A stretch of 64,000 nt of DNA from Vicinamibacterales bacterium (GTDB lineage Bacteria; Acidobacteriota; Vicinamibacteria; Vicinamibacterales; JAMQPK01), in NCBI GenBank assembly GCA_963784045.1, contig CAWAPZ010000011.1:21939-85938 (forward strand), in the 5' to 3' direction. Numbering within the stretch: position 1 is the first letter of the stretch; every line of letters starts with the position of its first letter. A model generated the notes under the pieces. The model was not told the DNA's origin, did no database searches, and was given only the letters and a program-made list of their open reading frames with translations. Positions 40,674 through 50,603 of this stretch are shown piece after piece. A program made the position numbers and the translations under genes.

Positions 40674-42960
40674 CGAGTACGTCGCGGACGTCCGCGACGC
40701 GCTCGCGCGCCGGCGCGCTGTCGTGCTCTCGGCTTCGCCCGGCGCGGGCAAGACCACCCGCATTCCTCCAGCCCTGATCGACGCGGGTCCGCTCATTCTG
40801 CTGCAGCCGCGCCGCGTGGCCGCGCGCGCCGTCGCGCGGCGTATTGCGGAAGAGCGGGAATGGACGCTCGGGCGTGAAGTGGGCTGGCACATCCGATTCG
40901 AGAAGCGAGCCAACCGCGACACGCGGCTGCTCGTCGTCACCGAGGGGATCCTGACGGCGCGGCTCCAACAGGATCCGCTCTTGTCGGATTTCTCCACGGT
41001 CGTCCTTGACGAGTTTCACGAGCGAAGCGTTCATGCCGATCTTGGCCTCGCGCTCGCGCGTCAGGCGTGGCTCGCTCGCACCGATCTGCGTATCGTCGTG
41101 ATGTCGGCGACCCTCGACGTCCAACCGGTTGCGCGATTTTTGGACGATGCACCGGTTGTCAGTGTGCCGGGGGCCTTACATCCGCTCACGATCGAGTATG
41201 CAAACGGGGAGTCGATTGCCGAGGCGGCCCAGGCCGTGTTGTCCAGAACCGCCGGGCAGGTCTTGTGCTTCCTTGCTGGTGCACGCGAGATCGAGCGCGC
41301 CCGTTCGGACCTTTCATCAATGTTAGCGTCGGGAATTGCGGTTGTTCCACTGCACGGTTCGCTCGATGGCAATGCGCAGGATGCCGCGATCTCGCCTTCG
41401 GAGGACCGTCGCATCATCCTCGCTACCAACATCGCTGAGACATCACTCACCGTGCCTAGCGTCTCAGCCGTTATCGACACGGGGCAGGTGAAGGTCGCCC
41501 GATATGACGCCGAGCGCGGTGTCGATAGCCTCACGCTCGAGCGCATCACGTCCGATTCGGCGGAGCAGAGAGCGGGCCGCGCAGCGCGACTGGGGCCGGG
41601 CCTCGTGCGCCGGTTGTGGTCTGCTCGCGATCGGCTGCGGCCTCATCGTGAACCCGAGATCGCTCGCGTCGACCTCGCGGCCCCAGTCCTCGATCTGCTC
41701 GCGTGGGGAGCTGACCCGCTGTCGTTCGACTGGTTCGAAGCGCCTTCGACCGATCGAATTCGGGCAGCACTCCGTCTGTTGTGCCGCCTCGGCGCAGCGG
41801 ATAGTGATGAGGCGGGTGCGCGCATCACCCTCGCCGGGAGGACATTGCAGCGCGTGCCAGTCCACCCGCGGCTCGCGCGCATCCTCATAGACGCTCGCGG
41901 CGCGCCCGAGGCCGCTGCCGCGTGCGCGAGATTGTCATTGGGTGCGACAGGTGCAACGGGTGCGATGAATGCAGCGGGTGCGATGGATCCCATCGTGCGT
42001 CAGGTCGCCCAGGAGCTGCAACGTGTCGCGCGTGGCGCGCTCGACGGGGATGTGGCGCCGCATATAGACGACGACAGGCTGCGCCATGCGCTCTTCGCCG
42101 GCTACGCCGATCGGCTCGCGAAACGGCGGCCCGGCTCGCGCGATCGATTTCTTCTTGCGACCGGTCACGGCGCGGTGCTCGTCCGCGAGGCCGCCGCCGT
42201 CGTCGATGCGGAGTTCCTCGTCGCGCTCGATGTCGTCGCTGCTGCCCGCGACGGCGTCAGCGAGTCGAGAATTCGGGCGGCCAGCGAAGTCGACCGGGGC
42301 TGGATACAGCCGACACGAGTGGACGTCGAGCATCGATTTGATCCTCGAAGCGGCCGCGTTCGCGCCGCGCGCGTCGAACGCTACGACGCGATCACCCTCG
42401 GCGAAACACCGGTGCAGGCCGATCCCGCAGAGGCCTCGAGGCTTCTCGCCGAGGCCTGGCTCGCACAGCCGCATGATGCTGCCACCACTCAACTCCTCCG
42501 GCGCCTGGAATTTGCAGGTATCGAGATCGCCCTCCAGGAAATCGTCGGCGCGGCGGCTGCGTCGGCCACCAGCATTACCGAGGTCGATATCGAGGCCCAT
42601 CTTCCATTCGCAATGAAGCGAGCGCTATCCAATAGTGCTCCGGCGTCCATCGTCCTCCCCAGCCGGCGGAGCACGATGCTCGATTACGGCGAAGATGGAT
42701 CGGTCTCCGCATCAGTGAAACTGCAGGAGTTGTTCGGTCTCGCGCAGTCCCCGACGGTGGGCATGGCACACGTGCCAGTGACCTTTCACTTGCTTGCGCC
42801 CAGCGGGCGTCCAGTACAAACCACGAAAGACCTTCGGAGCTTCTGGGAGCGGACCTATCCTGAGGTGCGGAAAGAGTTGCGCGGCCGATATCCGAGGCAT
42901 CCGTGGCCGGAGGACCCGTGGACGGCTCAACCGACACATCGAACGACCCGCCGCCGCTGA
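40645..42960 (+). CDS. hrpB: ATP-dependent RNA helicase HrpB (DEAH-box)
   Basis: Carries SASPGAGKTT, VLDEFHERS, SATL, TNIAETSLT and QRAGRAAR plus the HrpB C-terminal domain. Start proposed at TTG 40645, overlapping the dcp end. The track ORF from 40459 overlaps dcp by more than 200 nt. Confidence 0.85.
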   Translation: MRPLAPLIIDEYVADVRDALARRRAVVLSASPGAGKTTRIPPALIDAGPLILLQPRRVAARAVARRIAEEREWTLGREVGWHIRFEKRANRDTRLLVVTEGILTARLQQDPLLSDFSTVVLDEFHERSVHADLGLALARQAWLARTDLRIVVMSATLDVQPVARFLDDAPVVSVPGALHPLTIEYANGESIAEAAQAVLSRTAGQVLCFLAGAREIERARSDLSSMLASGIAVVPLHGSLDGNAQDAAISPSEDRRIILATNIAETSLTVPSVSAVIDTGQVKVARYDAERGVDSLTLERITSDSAEQRAGRAARLGPGLVRRLWSARDRLRPHREPEIARVDLAAPVLDLLAWGADPLSFDWFEAPSTDRIRAALRLLCRLGAADSDEAGARITLAGRTLQRVPVHPRLARILIDARGAPEAAAACARLSLGATGATGAMNAAGAMDPIVRQVAQELQRVARGALDGDVAPHIDDDRLRHALFAGYADRLAKRRPGSRDRFLLATGHGAVLVREAAAVVDAEFLVALDVVAAARDGVSESRIRAASEVDRGWIQPTRVDVEHRFDPRSGRVRAARVERYDAITLGETPVQADPAEASRLLAEAWLAQPHDAATTQLLRRLEFAGIEIALQEIVGAAAASATSITEVDIEAHLPFAMKRALSNSAPASIVLPSRRSTMLDYGEDGSVSASVKLQELFGLAQSPTVGMAHVPVTFHLLAPSGRPVQTTKDLRSFWERTYPEVRKELRGRYPRHPWPEDPWTAQPTHRTTRRR

Positions 42961-43087
42961 TCACTCCGCCGTAAATCTGTTTGGCCCCGCACTGCGTCTT
43001 GCGGTATCGTCTGCTCTCACTCTCCAATCTTCGTTCGACGTCGCGACACGACACCGGTCGTCGCGCGACAAACTAAGGAGCCGGCTC

Positions 43088-44020
43088 ATGAGACGTCCGT
43101 CCGTATCGCTGGCGGTTGCCTTCGCTTTGGTGCTCGGCGGCGCGTCTGCCGTGTTTACGCAAGGAGGCGGTGGCCAGACGCCGCCGCGCCAGTGGTGGGT
43201 CAACAAGGACAAACCTGGGCAGTACGGCAAGAACAAGGTGCACATAAAGCTGGCTGATTTGAAGGCGCGGCACAAAGGCCAGGCGAGCTGGTCTGAAGTC
43301 GTCGTGGATGACGAGAACTACTACTCGACATACAACCAGGGCGCTCCAGGCACGAAGATCACCTCGCGGATGCGTCCCGACACTCGCGAGTTCTACGTCG
43401 TCGTCGAAGGCGAAATGCGGTTTACGCTCGAAGGTCAGCCCGAACCGATTCTGACGAAGCGTGGATCGGTCGTGAACATCCCCAAAAAAACGATGTACTC
43501 GGCTGAGGTGATCGGCAGCGCCCCTGCACTGTGGGTCGACGCAAATCAGGCGAACTTCAAAACGCTGATACCGGTCAACGATGCTCGTCCGCCGCAGGCG
43601 TCCGGCCATACGGTCGTGAAGATCGGCACCACCTTCGGACCTGGCGTCTATACTGGCAACAACAAGCCGCACTTCAATCTGTGGGACGCCGAGAAGGATC
43701 CGAAATTCGCAGGACAGAACGTCGTGCAGGACGACCATATGTGGGCCCAGGCCATTTGGGGGTATGAGAAAAACCTGCCGCCATACGACCCCAACGACAA
43801 AGGCCACTTCCATGTCGGCACCGCGGAATGGTGGCTGATCATGAAGGGGCAGATACGCCACAACATCGAGACGGTAGGAGACTTCACGTCGAACGAAGGA
43901 GACGTCGTGTACGCGCCGCCGTCTACATGGCACGCGACCAGATTCGCAGGCCCGGGGCCGTCATGCCGCCTCGCGATCAGCGGGTATCAGTTCACGGCGC
44001 TATTGGAACAGCCGCAATAG
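43088..44020 (+). CDS. Secreted bicupin-like protein (paralog B)
   Basis: ATG 43088 follows AAGGAG. Signal peptide is MRRPSVSLAVAFALVLGGASAVFTQ. It shares KARHKGQASW, VVVEGEMRF, KPHFNLWD, WWLIMKGQI and GPGPSCRLAISGY with 31437..32429. Confidence 0.75.
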   Translation: MRRPSVSLAVAFALVLGGASAVFTQGGGGQTPPRQWWVNKDKPGQYGKNKVHIKLADLKARHKGQASWSEVVVDDENYYSTYNQGAPGTKITSRMRPDTREFYVVVEGEMRFTLEGQPEPILTKRGSVVNIPKKTMYSAEVIGSAPALWVDANQANFKTLIPVNDARPPQASGHTVVKIGTTFGPGVYTGNNKPHFNLWDAEKDPKFAGQNVVQDDHMWAQAIWGYEKNLPPYDPNDKGHFHVGTAEWWLIMKGQIRHNIETVGDFTSNEGDVVYAPPSTWHATRFAGPGPSCRLAISGYQFTALLEQPQ

Positions 44021-44065
44021 TAGGTTCCTTAACAGAAGGCCAGAGAATCACTCCTGTAACGGAAC

Positions 44066-44755
44066 TCAGTTTTCAACCTGCGTCGCGGACAGACAGTACC
44101 CATCCCCGTGCACCGTCCGGATGAACTCCGGATGATGTGGGTCGGGCTCGATCTTCTTCCGAAGGCGAACAATCGCATGGTCGACCGAACGTGTGGTGAC
44201 GTTCGTGTCCATGTATCCCCACACCTCCCGCAGCAGCTCTTCCCTGTGCACGACTTTCTCGCGGCGCTCGGCGAGATAGCGGAGCAGCTCGAACTCGCGG
44301 TGCGTCAGATGGACCGGCGCCTGGTCGCAGCTGGCACGCTGCGAGCGGAAGTCGATGACGAGCTTACCGATCAGCAGCCGCTCGAGCGCGGGGTGCGAGC
44401 GGCGCAGGACGGCGTTGATCCGGGCAAGAAGCTCCTGCAGGTCGAACGGCTTGGTGATGTAATCGTCGGCTCCGAGCTTGAGACCCTTCAGCTTGTCCGT
44501 CTTCTGCCCACGCGCGGACAGGATGATGATGGGCACTTTGCCCGACTGGCGCAGCACAGGACATAAATCGAGACCGTCTACGTCGGGCAGTGTCAGGTCC
44601 AGAACGACCAGATCCGGGGCGGACGCGCGCACGTAACTGATGGCCGATTTGCCGTCGGCTACGGCTTCGACGCGATAGCCTTCGAAGATCAAATTGTCCC
44701 GTAGTACCCGTCTGAGGGTGGGATCGTCTTCAACGATGAGGATCCGCTCTGCCAC
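44066..44755 (-). CDS. OmpR-family response regulator
   Basis: GTG 44755 lies 1 nt after the kinase TAA. Receiver is RILIVEDDP..DLVVLDLTLPDVDG. The winged helix is ..LTHREFELLRYL..RSVDHAIVRLRKKIE. Confidence 0.9.
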   Translation of the reverse strand: MAERILIVEDDPTLRRVLRDNLIFEGYRVEAVADGKSAISYVRASAPDLVVLDLTLPDVDGLDLCPVLRQSGKVPIIILSARGQKTDKLKGLKLGADDYITKPFDLQELLARINAVLRRSHPALERLLIGKLVIDFRSQRASCDQAPVHLTHREFELLRYLAERREKVVHREELLREVWGYMDTNVTTRSVDHAIVRLRKKIEPDPHHPEFIRTVHGDGYCLSATQVEN

Positions 44756-44756
44756 G

Positions 44757-46466
44757 TTACACTCCCGCGATGGGTAAATATACCTTTGCCGTCGTCCCGG
44801 CGCCCGATTCGCTGTCGAGCACGAAAGAGCCCTGATGATCCGCGACAATTCTGCTGACGATGGCGAGCCCGAGGCCGCTGCCGTCGGCGCGTGCCAGTTT
44901 TCCGCGCGCAAATTTCCGCCGCACGAGCGACAATTCGTCTCGAGAAATGCCGAGGCCGCGATCCTGCACCTCGATGACGACGTGCTGGTTGTCGCGCCGC
45001 GCCGAGATGCGGATGAAATGCTCCTGCGGCGAATACCGGATGGCGTTGTCGACGACGTTGTCCAGCACCAGCATCATCGCGGTGCGGTCGGCCTTGATGA
45101 GGGGGAGATCGACCGGTATCTCCACCTCCACCGTGAACTCGCGTTCGGACAGCGGGTGCCGGAAATTCTGCAGCACATCGTCCACGAGCTCGGCGGGTGC
45201 GATTGGCTCGAACGAATATACGTCAGTAACGTCGGTCACGCGCGCGTACGCGAGCAGATTATCGACCAGCCGAGTCAGCCGCTTCGCTTCCTGCATGAGA
45301 AGCTCCGCGTAATCGCGGATGGTCTCGCCGCCAATCGGCCGGCGGGCGAGGGTATCAGCCATGGCTCGAATGCTCGCGAGCGGCGTCTTCAACTCGTGTG
45401 TCACCGATGACACGAAATCAGACCGCATTGCCGTGAGCGCGACGCCGGCCCGGACCGCTCGGATGGCGAGAATCAGCCCGACAGCGAGCGTCAGTGCGGC
45501 CGCGGCGGCGGCGAGGAGCGCCTCGTCCGCTCCTTGTGCGGCACCCATCAACGCAGAGCCGGGCGACTGGCTTGTCTGAATCGTCCATGTCCGGACAGGA
45601 GGCGTACCGCCGAGTGCGACCATGCTGACCGACGGGTCGAGGAAAAGCAGCGGGAAGCTGCGCGACAGTACTCCGCCGCCGCCTTGGCGTCCCGAAACCA
45701 CGTGTCCGGCGTCATCGACGACTGCGATATCGAGGCTGTTGTCGCGCGTGGCGATGGGCGCGACCTGCGAAAGGATGTCCGCAAAATAGGAGTCGCGTAC
45801 CCAATCAAGGTTTACCGTGAATCCGATGACGGAATGCAGTGTCTCCTGCAAAGGGTCGGTGTATACGAGCCGTGCGACGATCTGGTACGGATGGCCTCCG
45901 AGCGTCGTCTCGAACGTCGCGTAACGGACCCGCGCAGCACTGAACTCGGTTACCTTCGCGCGCAGCGCCGCGGCTTCAGGCGGGTTCATGACGAGCGCGA
46001 CCGGATAGCGGTTCGGTTCGGACGGCTGCGGCATCCAGGCAGGAAATCGATTCGCGCGGTTGAAAAACACCACCCCATGCGAGCTATCGCGCTGCCAGCT
46101 GAAGAACGATTCCGGATACGGGTATCGGGCGAATGCCGTTGCGACCTGGTCGCTCGTATCCGTGAGCGACTCGAGTGACAGCTCGCCCCAGTCGCGATTC
46201 GCAAGTACGCGCGAGTGAGCGCCGCGCATATCGCGCGTCACTGCGGTCACCAGGAGGTCGGCGCTTTCCTCCGTGTCTCGCTCGATCAAGAGCTCCGAGC
46301 TGCGCTGCCATTCCCGCGTCGCACGGTATCCGAAGCCGAGCAGGGTGGCGATGCCGAGGCACACCGATAGTGCCAGCAGCGCTGTCAGCCAGCCTCCCCA
46401 GGCAATGATCGATTCGACTTTCATGATCCGTTGCGCGGGGCTCGCCTCGCCGTATTGTCTCCGCAC
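44757..46466 (-). CDS. Sensor histidine kinase
   Basis: TM segment, ~280-aa extracytoplasmic region, second TM segment, then HisKA (SVTHELKTPLASI) and HATPase_c (DNAIRYS..DRGLGI..GSGLGL). Confidence 0.9.
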   Translation of the reverse strand: MRRQYGEASPAQRIMKVESIIAWGGWLTALLALSVCLGIATLLGFGYRATREWQRSSELLIERDTEESADLLVTAVTRDMRGAHSRVLANRDWGELSLESLTDTSDQVATAFARYPYPESFFSWQRDSSHGVVFFNRANRFPAWMPQPSEPNRYPVALVMNPPEAAALRAKVTEFSAARVRYATFETTLGGHPYQIVARLVYTDPLQETLHSVIGFTVNLDWVRDSYFADILSQVAPIATRDNSLDIAVVDDAGHVVSGRQGGGGVLSRSFPLLFLDPSVSMVALGGTPPVRTWTIQTSQSPGSALMGAAQGADEALLAAAAAALTLAVGLILAIRAVRAGVALTAMRSDFVSSVTHELKTPLASIRAMADTLARRPIGGETIRDYAELLMQEAKRLTRLVDNLLAYARVTDVTDVYSFEPIAPAELVDDVLQNFRHPLSEREFTVEVEIPVDLPLIKADRTAMMLVLDNVVDNAIRYSPQEHFIRISARRDNQHVVIEVQDRGLGISRDELSLVRRKFARGKLARADGSGLGLAIVSRIVADHQGSFVLDSESGAGTTAKVYLPIAGV

Positions 46467-46506
46467 AGGCGGGACGTGGCATCACTCCGCGCCGCTCGGT
46501 TGCAGG

Positions 46507-47418
46507 TCATCGTGACAGCTCGCGCAGGCGGTAGTAGCGTGCCGCACCCGGATGCAGCGGAATCGGTGTCGCCGGTGCCCGATCGAGATTGGGAGGCGTC
46601 ATCACCGGGCGCGTGGCGAAGTACGCGTCGAGGAACCGGTAGACGACATCATCATCGAGATCGGCCCGGCACACGAGCAACGTGTCGACGCCGAGCGTGC
46701 GAACCGGTTCCGGCTGATTCGGATATGTCCCGCGCGAAATCAGCGTCCGCTTCAAGTACGGATACCGCGTTCGCATCTCTTCAATCTCAGGACCGTCAAT
46801 GGGAATCAGCCGCACGCCGTTCTGCATCGCGGCCGTGACGACGGCACCCGGCAGGTTGAAACCCGAAAACGCGGCGTCGATGTCGCCGGTGGCCAGGCGA
46901 TTCACGAGCTCGGCATTCGGGAGGTGTTCCGCGTGAATGTGTCCTGTGGCAATACCTAAATCATCCAGCATGCTCACCGTGATGTGTGCCGTCGAGCTGC
47001 CGGGTGCGCCGAGCGAGACGCGCAGCCCTTTGAGGTCGCGGAGCGACGCCACGCGCGCATTGCGGCCCGCGAGCAAGTGCATCGTATTGAGCCCGGTGAC
47101 CACCATGCCGCGGAGCTGGTCAAATGGCTTGCTCATTTCCTCGAGTTGCCCCGCGTATGCGAGATACGCGACGTCGGCCAGAGTCCCGGTAATGTCCGTC
47201 TTCTTGTTCTGCAGATCCAGCAGGCTCGTAATGGACGACCCTCCCTCGCTCACGATTTCGGCTTTGATACTCGGGACGCGCGCGAACGCGCTCTGCAGTT
47301 CGGCCGCGTTGGTGCGTGAGAGCCGCAGAGTTGCCGGCGGATTCGCGATGGTCTCGGCGGTGCCGGAACACGAGGCGGCGGACATACACAGAGCACCGAT
47401 CAACACCAGGAGTCGCAT
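46507..47418 (-). CDS. TAXI-family (TRAP-associated) periplasmic solute-binding lipoprotein
   Basis: ATG 47418 gives MRLLVLIGALCMSAASCSG (lipobox). ..TGDIDAAFSGFNLPG..YPYLKRTLISRGTYP..VDTLLVCRADLDDDVVY is TAXI-like. Confidence 0.75.
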   Translation of the reverse strand: MRLLVLIGALCMSAASCSGTAETIANPPATLRLSRTNAAELQSAFARVPSIKAEIVSEGGSSITSLLDLQNKKTDITGTLADVAYLAYAGQLEEMSKPFDQLRGMVVTGLNTMHLLAGRNARVASLRDLKGLRVSLGAPGSSTAHITVSMLDDLGIATGHIHAEHLPNAELVNRLATGDIDAAFSGFNLPGAVVTAAMQNGVRLIPIDGPEIEEMRTRYPYLKRTLISRGTYPNQPEPVRTLGVDTLLVCRADLDDDVVYRFLDAYFATRPVMTPPNLDRAPATPIPLHPGAARYYRLRELSR

Positions 47419-47546
47419 GGAATGACAGATTCTAGCGCGGCCGGCGCGTTCAGTCCTTGCGACAATTTGCGACAATTCGGAGAGCAGTCGGGGCTATAGT
47501 CGGGGAACATTCCCAAGAGCGGCCCCTATCTTCGAAGGAGAGAGCG

Positions 47547-50441
47547 ATGGCGACCCCAAGCATCCCGTCGAGAGGTCTGATTTTCGCGGCACTGATGGCA
47601 TTCGCCCTGCCCGCATGGGCGCAGGGCGTTGGCGGTATTGGCGGTACGGTGATGGATTCGTCTGGCGCAGTGCTACCGGGCGTCACTCTCACTCTGACGA
47701 GCGCCCAGGGAGGCACCCTGGGCGCCAACCGGGAGGTCGTGAGTGACGAGCGCGGCAATTACCAGTTCGTTCGTGTTGTCCCAGGCACGTACGTCGTTCG
47801 CGGCACGATGCAGGGGTTCCGCACCGTCGAGCAGCGAAACATCGTCGTGAATGCCGACGCGATTGCGCGCGCCGATCTCACGCTGCCGCTCGGGCAGTTG
47901 GAAGAAGGCATTGTCGTGTCGGGTGAGGCGCCGCTGCTCGATACGACATCGGCATTGAAACAGACCGTGCTGAGCCAGGACACTCTCCAGGCTCTGCCGA
48001 ACCGTATCGACGTCTGGTCGATCACGCGCGTCATTCCCAGCGTCGTTGCGAGCAAAGTTGACGTCGGCGGGTCCGAATCATTCCAGCAGTCCGGCATCAC
48101 GGTGCACGGGACGAGCAACGAAAACGGCTACTACATCGACGGCATGAACGTGTCGAGCACGCAAAGCAGCGGCAGCATCGCCACCTTCTACCTCGATCCG
48201 TACGCGTTCGAAGAGGCGAACTTCCGCGCGGGCAATGCTCCGGCCGAAGCTTCGACCGGCGGACTTGTCTTCAACATGATCAGCCGGACCGGTACCAACC
48301 AGTTCCACGCCGGCACCGTGTTCAACGGCACCAACCACACGCTCGGGTCCAACAACGTCGACGACGCGCTGGCTGCGCAGCTGCTGCGAAACGTGCCCGA
48401 GTCGGTAAAGCAGGCGAGACCCGATCTGAAGCCGACGGCAGACATCCGCTATCTTTTCGACTACGGCGGCTGGCTGGCCGGGCCGCTGGTGAAGGACAAA
48501 CTGTGGTGGTCGACCTCGTTCCACCATTCACAGATCCTCCAGTATCTGGTCGGCAGCTATAACCCCGACGGCACGCCTGTGCCCGACGACAATATGTTGT
48601 GGAACTTCTCGAACAAGCTGTCGTGGCAGGCCGGCCAGAACAGTCAGCTCTCTCACTTCTACATTCTGCAATACAAGAAAAACGGTCACCGAGCGAACAC
48701 TGGCGTGGCGTTTTCCGAAACCGGCGCGACGGTGGCCAACACGAAATATCCGCAGCTGCACCAGGTGAAGTGGACATCGACGCGATCGGCGAGGATGGTC
48801 TATGACGTGTCCGGCAGCGTGAATCGCGTGGACGACTACCAGCCATGGCCGATCGAGGGTGACTCGCCGACGTGCTCGGCGAAGGTAGACAGAGAAGGGT
48901 GCACGGACGGCTTGATCGCCGGCTTCGACCAGGTGAGCAACACCGCGCTGCGCATTCTGCCGACGTATCGTGACCTGCCGAACACGCGTGTATTCGCGCA
49001 GGGCAGCGTCAGCTACTTCACGACCGCTCATGACATCAAGGCCGGCTACCAGTTCGACTATGCCTGGAACGAAGTGTTGTACTTCTCCTCGTCCGGCATG
49101 CGCGCGGTCTACCGTTCCGGAGTGCCCGATTCCGTGAACACCTACAACACGCCGGCACGCTCGATTCCCGAGAACATCCAGCAGGGTCTGTACATCCAGG
49201 ATAAGTGGCGTCCGAACCGCAAGCTGACCATCAATGGGGGCTTGCGCCTGGACACGAACCGGGGTTGGACCCGCGCGCTATGCCAGGACGCGACGCCGTT
49301 CATTGCCGCGCAATGCTACGACAAGATTTCCGGCGTGCCCGACTGGAAATCCGTAAGCCCGCGCTTCTCGGCCGTGTACGACATCGCGGGTGACGGGCGC
49401 ACCGCGCTCAAGTTCTCTGCCAATCGCTACATTATTCCGGTCGGCAGCAGCATCCTCGATCGGATCAACCCGATTTTCCTTGCGAGTGACACGCGGGCGT
49501 GGCGGGCGCAGTCCGCGTGCGCATCAGTGAACAACGTCGGCTGCGACTTGAACGGCGACCTCCTTCCTCAAATCAACGAGCTCGGGGCGTCGAGCGGGTT
49601 CAACCTCGGCAACTTCAACCGCTATGAGGCGGGCTACGATTGGCCGTGGGCGCGCGAATTTTCCGCCGAAATTCAGCGTCAATTGCCTCTGAACCTGGTC
49701 ATCAGCGCCGGGTATACGCGGCGTGAGAAGCTTGGGAACCTGGGATCGCGAAACGTCGCGGTGCCTGAGAGCAGTTACACCAAGCTGACAGTTACCGAGG
49801 TGAACAGCGGCCAGGTTGTCGACGTCTATAACCAGGACCCGGCGCTTCGCGGCAGACAGGATTTCGTCTGGACCAACATGTCGGAGCTCGACAGCACCTA
49901 CAACGGCACAGACATCTCGCTCGATAAGCGGATGAGCAACGGCTGGATGATGACCGGCGGCATCAGCATCGGCGAGACCATCGGCTGGGTCGGCAGCACC
50001 GACCTCAACAATCCGAACTCCAAAGAGTTCAATCGCGGCATCGTCGGCAATGACACACCGTTCTCGTTCCGCCTATCGGGGCTCTACGACCTTCCGTACG
50101 CCATTCAGATGAGCGGAACATTCCAGCATCAAAAAGGATTTCCGGAGCTGACACAAGTCTCCGTCGGGAACAACACGGTGGCGTTGACGCAGGGCACGAC
50201 GAACGTCACCGTCGAGCCGCGCGGCACGACGCGTCTCCCTGCGCTGAATCAGCTCGACATGAGCTTCCGGAAAGCGTTTCAGGCCGGCGGAACGAGGTAT
50301 CAGCCCCGCATCGACCTGTACAACCTCCTGAACACCGCCACCGTCATCTCGCGCGTGACCACACTTGGGGGGAGCTACGGCGCAGTGAGCAACATCCAGC
50401 GGGGACGTCTCATCAAGTTCGGCATGGCCGTCGATTGGTAG
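47547..50441 (+). CDS. TonB-dependent receptor with an N-terminal carboxypeptidase-regulatory-like domain
   Basis: ATG 47547 follows AAGGAG. Carries a signal peptide and GTVMDSSGAVLPGVTLTLTS..ERGNYQFVRVVPGTYVV, with a large beta-barrel ending ..LIKFGMAVDW. Confidence 0.85.
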   Translation: MATPSIPSRGLIFAALMAFALPAWAQGVGGIGGTVMDSSGAVLPGVTLTLTSAQGGTLGANREVVSDERGNYQFVRVVPGTYVVRGTMQGFRTVEQRNIVVNADAIARADLTLPLGQLEEGIVVSGEAPLLDTTSALKQTVLSQDTLQALPNRIDVWSITRVIPSVVASKVDVGGSESFQQSGITVHGTSNENGYYIDGMNVSSTQSSGSIATFYLDPYAFEEANFRAGNAPAEASTGGLVFNMISRTGTNQFHAGTVFNGTNHTLGSNNVDDALAAQLLRNVPESVKQARPDLKPTADIRYLFDYGGWLAGPLVKDKLWWSTSFHHSQILQYLVGSYNPDGTPVPDDNMLWNFSNKLSWQAGQNSQLSHFYILQYKKNGHRANTGVAFSETGATVANTKYPQLHQVKWTSTRSARMVYDVSGSVNRVDDYQPWPIEGDSPTCSAKVDREGCTDGLIAGFDQVSNTALRILPTYRDLPNTRVFAQGSVSYFTTAHDIKAGYQFDYAWNEVLYFSSSGMRAVYRSGVPDSVNTYNTPARSIPENIQQGLYIQDKWRPNRKLTINGGLRLDTNRGWTRALCQDATPFIAAQCYDKISGVPDWKSVSPRFSAVYDIAGDGRTALKFSANRYIIPVGSSILDRINPIFLASDTRAWRAQSACASVNNVGCDLNGDLLPQINELGASSGFNLGNFNRYEAGYDWPWAREFSAEIQRQLPLNLVISAGYTRREKLGNLGSRNVAVPESSYTKLTVTEVNSGQVVDVYNQDPALRGRQDFVWTNMSELDSTYNGTDISLDKRMSNGWMMTGGISIGETIGWVGSTDLNNPNSKEFNRGIVGNDTPFSFRLSGLYDLPYAIQMSGTFQHQKGFPELTQVSVGNNTVALTQGTTNVTVEPRGTTRLPALNQLDMSFRKAFQAGGTRYQPRIDLYNLLNTATVISRVTTLGGSYGAVSNIQRGRLIKFGMAVDW

Positions 50442-50601
50442 GTGGTTGGTGGTTGGTGGTAGCTGACGGCCGACCTGAAGGTCGGCACTACGAGAACGGG
50501 TCGGATGGAGCCCCACGTAGTGCCGACCTTCAGGTCGGCCACCAACCCAGCCGGTAGGTGGCCGGTGGTTGCACAGCCTGCAACCACCAACCACCGACCG
50601 C
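50442..50601. repeat. Composite nested palindromic element: heptamer arms flanking an inverted pair of REP-like 25-mers
   Basis: Outer arms are gtggttg x3 (50442-50462) and caaccac-type x3 (50581-50601). Inner arms are a perfect inverted repeat: ggccgacctgaaggtcggcactacg (50468-50492) and cgtagtgccgaccttcaggtcggcc (50516-50540). Each inner arm itself contains the hairpin gccgacc-tgaa-ggtcggc. Confidence 0.9.
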
Positions 50602-50603
50602 AT

